Of a stretch of 64,000 nt of DNA, positions 62,805-64,000 are shown in pieces. Source of the DNA: Somniosus microcephalus (taxonomy: Eukaryota); the NCBI GenBank assembly GCA_052327205.1, contig CM126202.1, forward strand, positions 173,910,001-173,974,000. The letters run 5' to 3'. Within the stretch, counting starts at the first letter, position 1; each line of letters opens with the position of its first letter. Position numbers and translations under genes: made by a program. A model generated the notes under the pieces. It was given only the letters and a program-made list of their open reading frames with translations, did no database searches and was not told the origin of the DNA.

Positions 62805-64000
62805 TATATAACTTCCAAAAAATATATATTCCACTGAGAAGAAAAGGGTGTAAAAGAAAAGACAGCCATCCGTGGCTAAGTAAAGAAATTAAGGATAGTA
62901 TTCGACTAAAAACAAGGGCATATAAGGTAGCCAAATCTAGTGGGAGGATAGAGGATTGGGAAAACTTTAAAAGACAGCAAAAAATAACAAAAAGATTGAT
63001 TAAGAAAGGGAAGATAGATTATGAAAGTAAATTAGCAAAAAATATAAAAACAGATAGTAAGAGTTTTTATAGTTATATAAAAAGAAAAAGGGTGGCTAAA
63101 TTAAATGTTGGTCCCTTAGAGGATGAGACCGGGAAATTAATGGTGGGAAATATGGAGATGGCAAAAACACTGAATGAATATTTTACATCAGTCTTTACAG
63201 TAGAAGACACTAAGAATATCCCAACACTGGACAAACAGGGGGCTAAAGTGGGGGAGGAGCTAAACACAATCAAAATCACTAAGGAAGCGGTACTCGGTAA
63301 AATAATGGGACTCAAGGTGGATAAATCACCTGGACCTGATGGCTTACATCCTAGGGTCTTGAGGGAAGTGGCGGTAGGGATTGTGGATGCATTGGTAATA
63401 ATTTTCCAAAACTCCCTGGACTCGGCAAAGGTCCCGGCAGACTGGAAAACTGCTAATGTAACACCCTTATTTAAAAAGGGCAGTAGACAGAAGGCTGGAA
63501 ACTATAGACCGGTTAGCCTAACATCTGTGGTAGGTAAAATTTTGGAGTCCATTATTAAGGAGACAGTAACAGGACATTTGGATAATCATAATTTAATAGG
63601 ACAAAGTCAGCATGGTTTTATGAAGGGGAAGTCATGTTTGACAAATTTGCTGGAGTTGTTTGAGGAAGTAACGTATAGGGTGGATAAAGGGGAACCAGTG
63701 GACGTAGTGTATTTAGACTTCCAAAAGGCATTTGACAAGGTGCCACACAAAAGATTATTGCTTAAAATAAAAAATCACGGGATTGGGGGTAATATTCTGG
63801 CATGGATAGAGGACAGAAGGCAGAGAGTTGGGATAAATGGTTCATTCTCAGACTGGCAATCAGTAACTAGTGGTGTTCTGCAGGGGTCAGTGCTGGGTCC
63901 CCAACTCTTTACAATCTATATTAATGATTTGGAGGAGGGGACCAAGTGTAACATATCAAAGTTTGCAGATGATACTAAGATGGGAGGGAAAGTAGTGAGT
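62805..64000 (+). mobile_element. CR1 LINE ORF2 (linker and RT), runs off window
   Basis: Open frame [71 protein letters not shown] to the window end; a more AT-rich subfamily than 40232-41973. Confidence 0.93.

Larger units (their letters stand above)
901..64000 (+). other. EFNA5: EFNA5 intron 1 (5' part, continues past window)
   Basis: GT donor at 901. No exon-2-like sequence ([21 protein letters not shown]) found downstream. The first intron of vertebrate EFNA5 is known to be very large. Confidence 0.85.

Overview
This is vertebrate genomic DNA, most likely from a cartilaginous fish (shark or ray), judged from SacSINE1/DeuSINE, shark-type CR1, RTE, L2 and Penelope elements. The only host coding sequence is the first coding exon of ephrin-A5 (EFNA5; + strand, 782-900, MINAEVLVVFVVLWMCVWPQEPGKAVADRYAVYWNSTNP-R, phase-2 GT donor at 901), in a GC/CpG-rich promoter and 5'UTR region. 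I found no exon 2, so the remaining ~63 kb is the start of the very long intron 1. The intron holds two CR1 LINE RT segments with open frames, two RTE 3' fragments, L2 relics and a Penelope-like 3' end with a 13-bp TSD and a minimal hammerhead-ribozyme motif. It also contains DeuSINE copies, LF-SINE-like and other old SINEs, GC-rich PIF/Harbinger-type MITEs that each carry a TGACGTCA (CRE) palindrome, a 37-bp minisatellite, fold-back elements and candidate conserved non-coding enhancers. Nearly all short ORFs in the supplied track are noise or antisense to transposons. I see no convincing new protein-coding system; the most interesting signals are RNA-structural and transposon-derived regulatory features. 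Repeat family names come from recalled consensus similarity, not from database searches.
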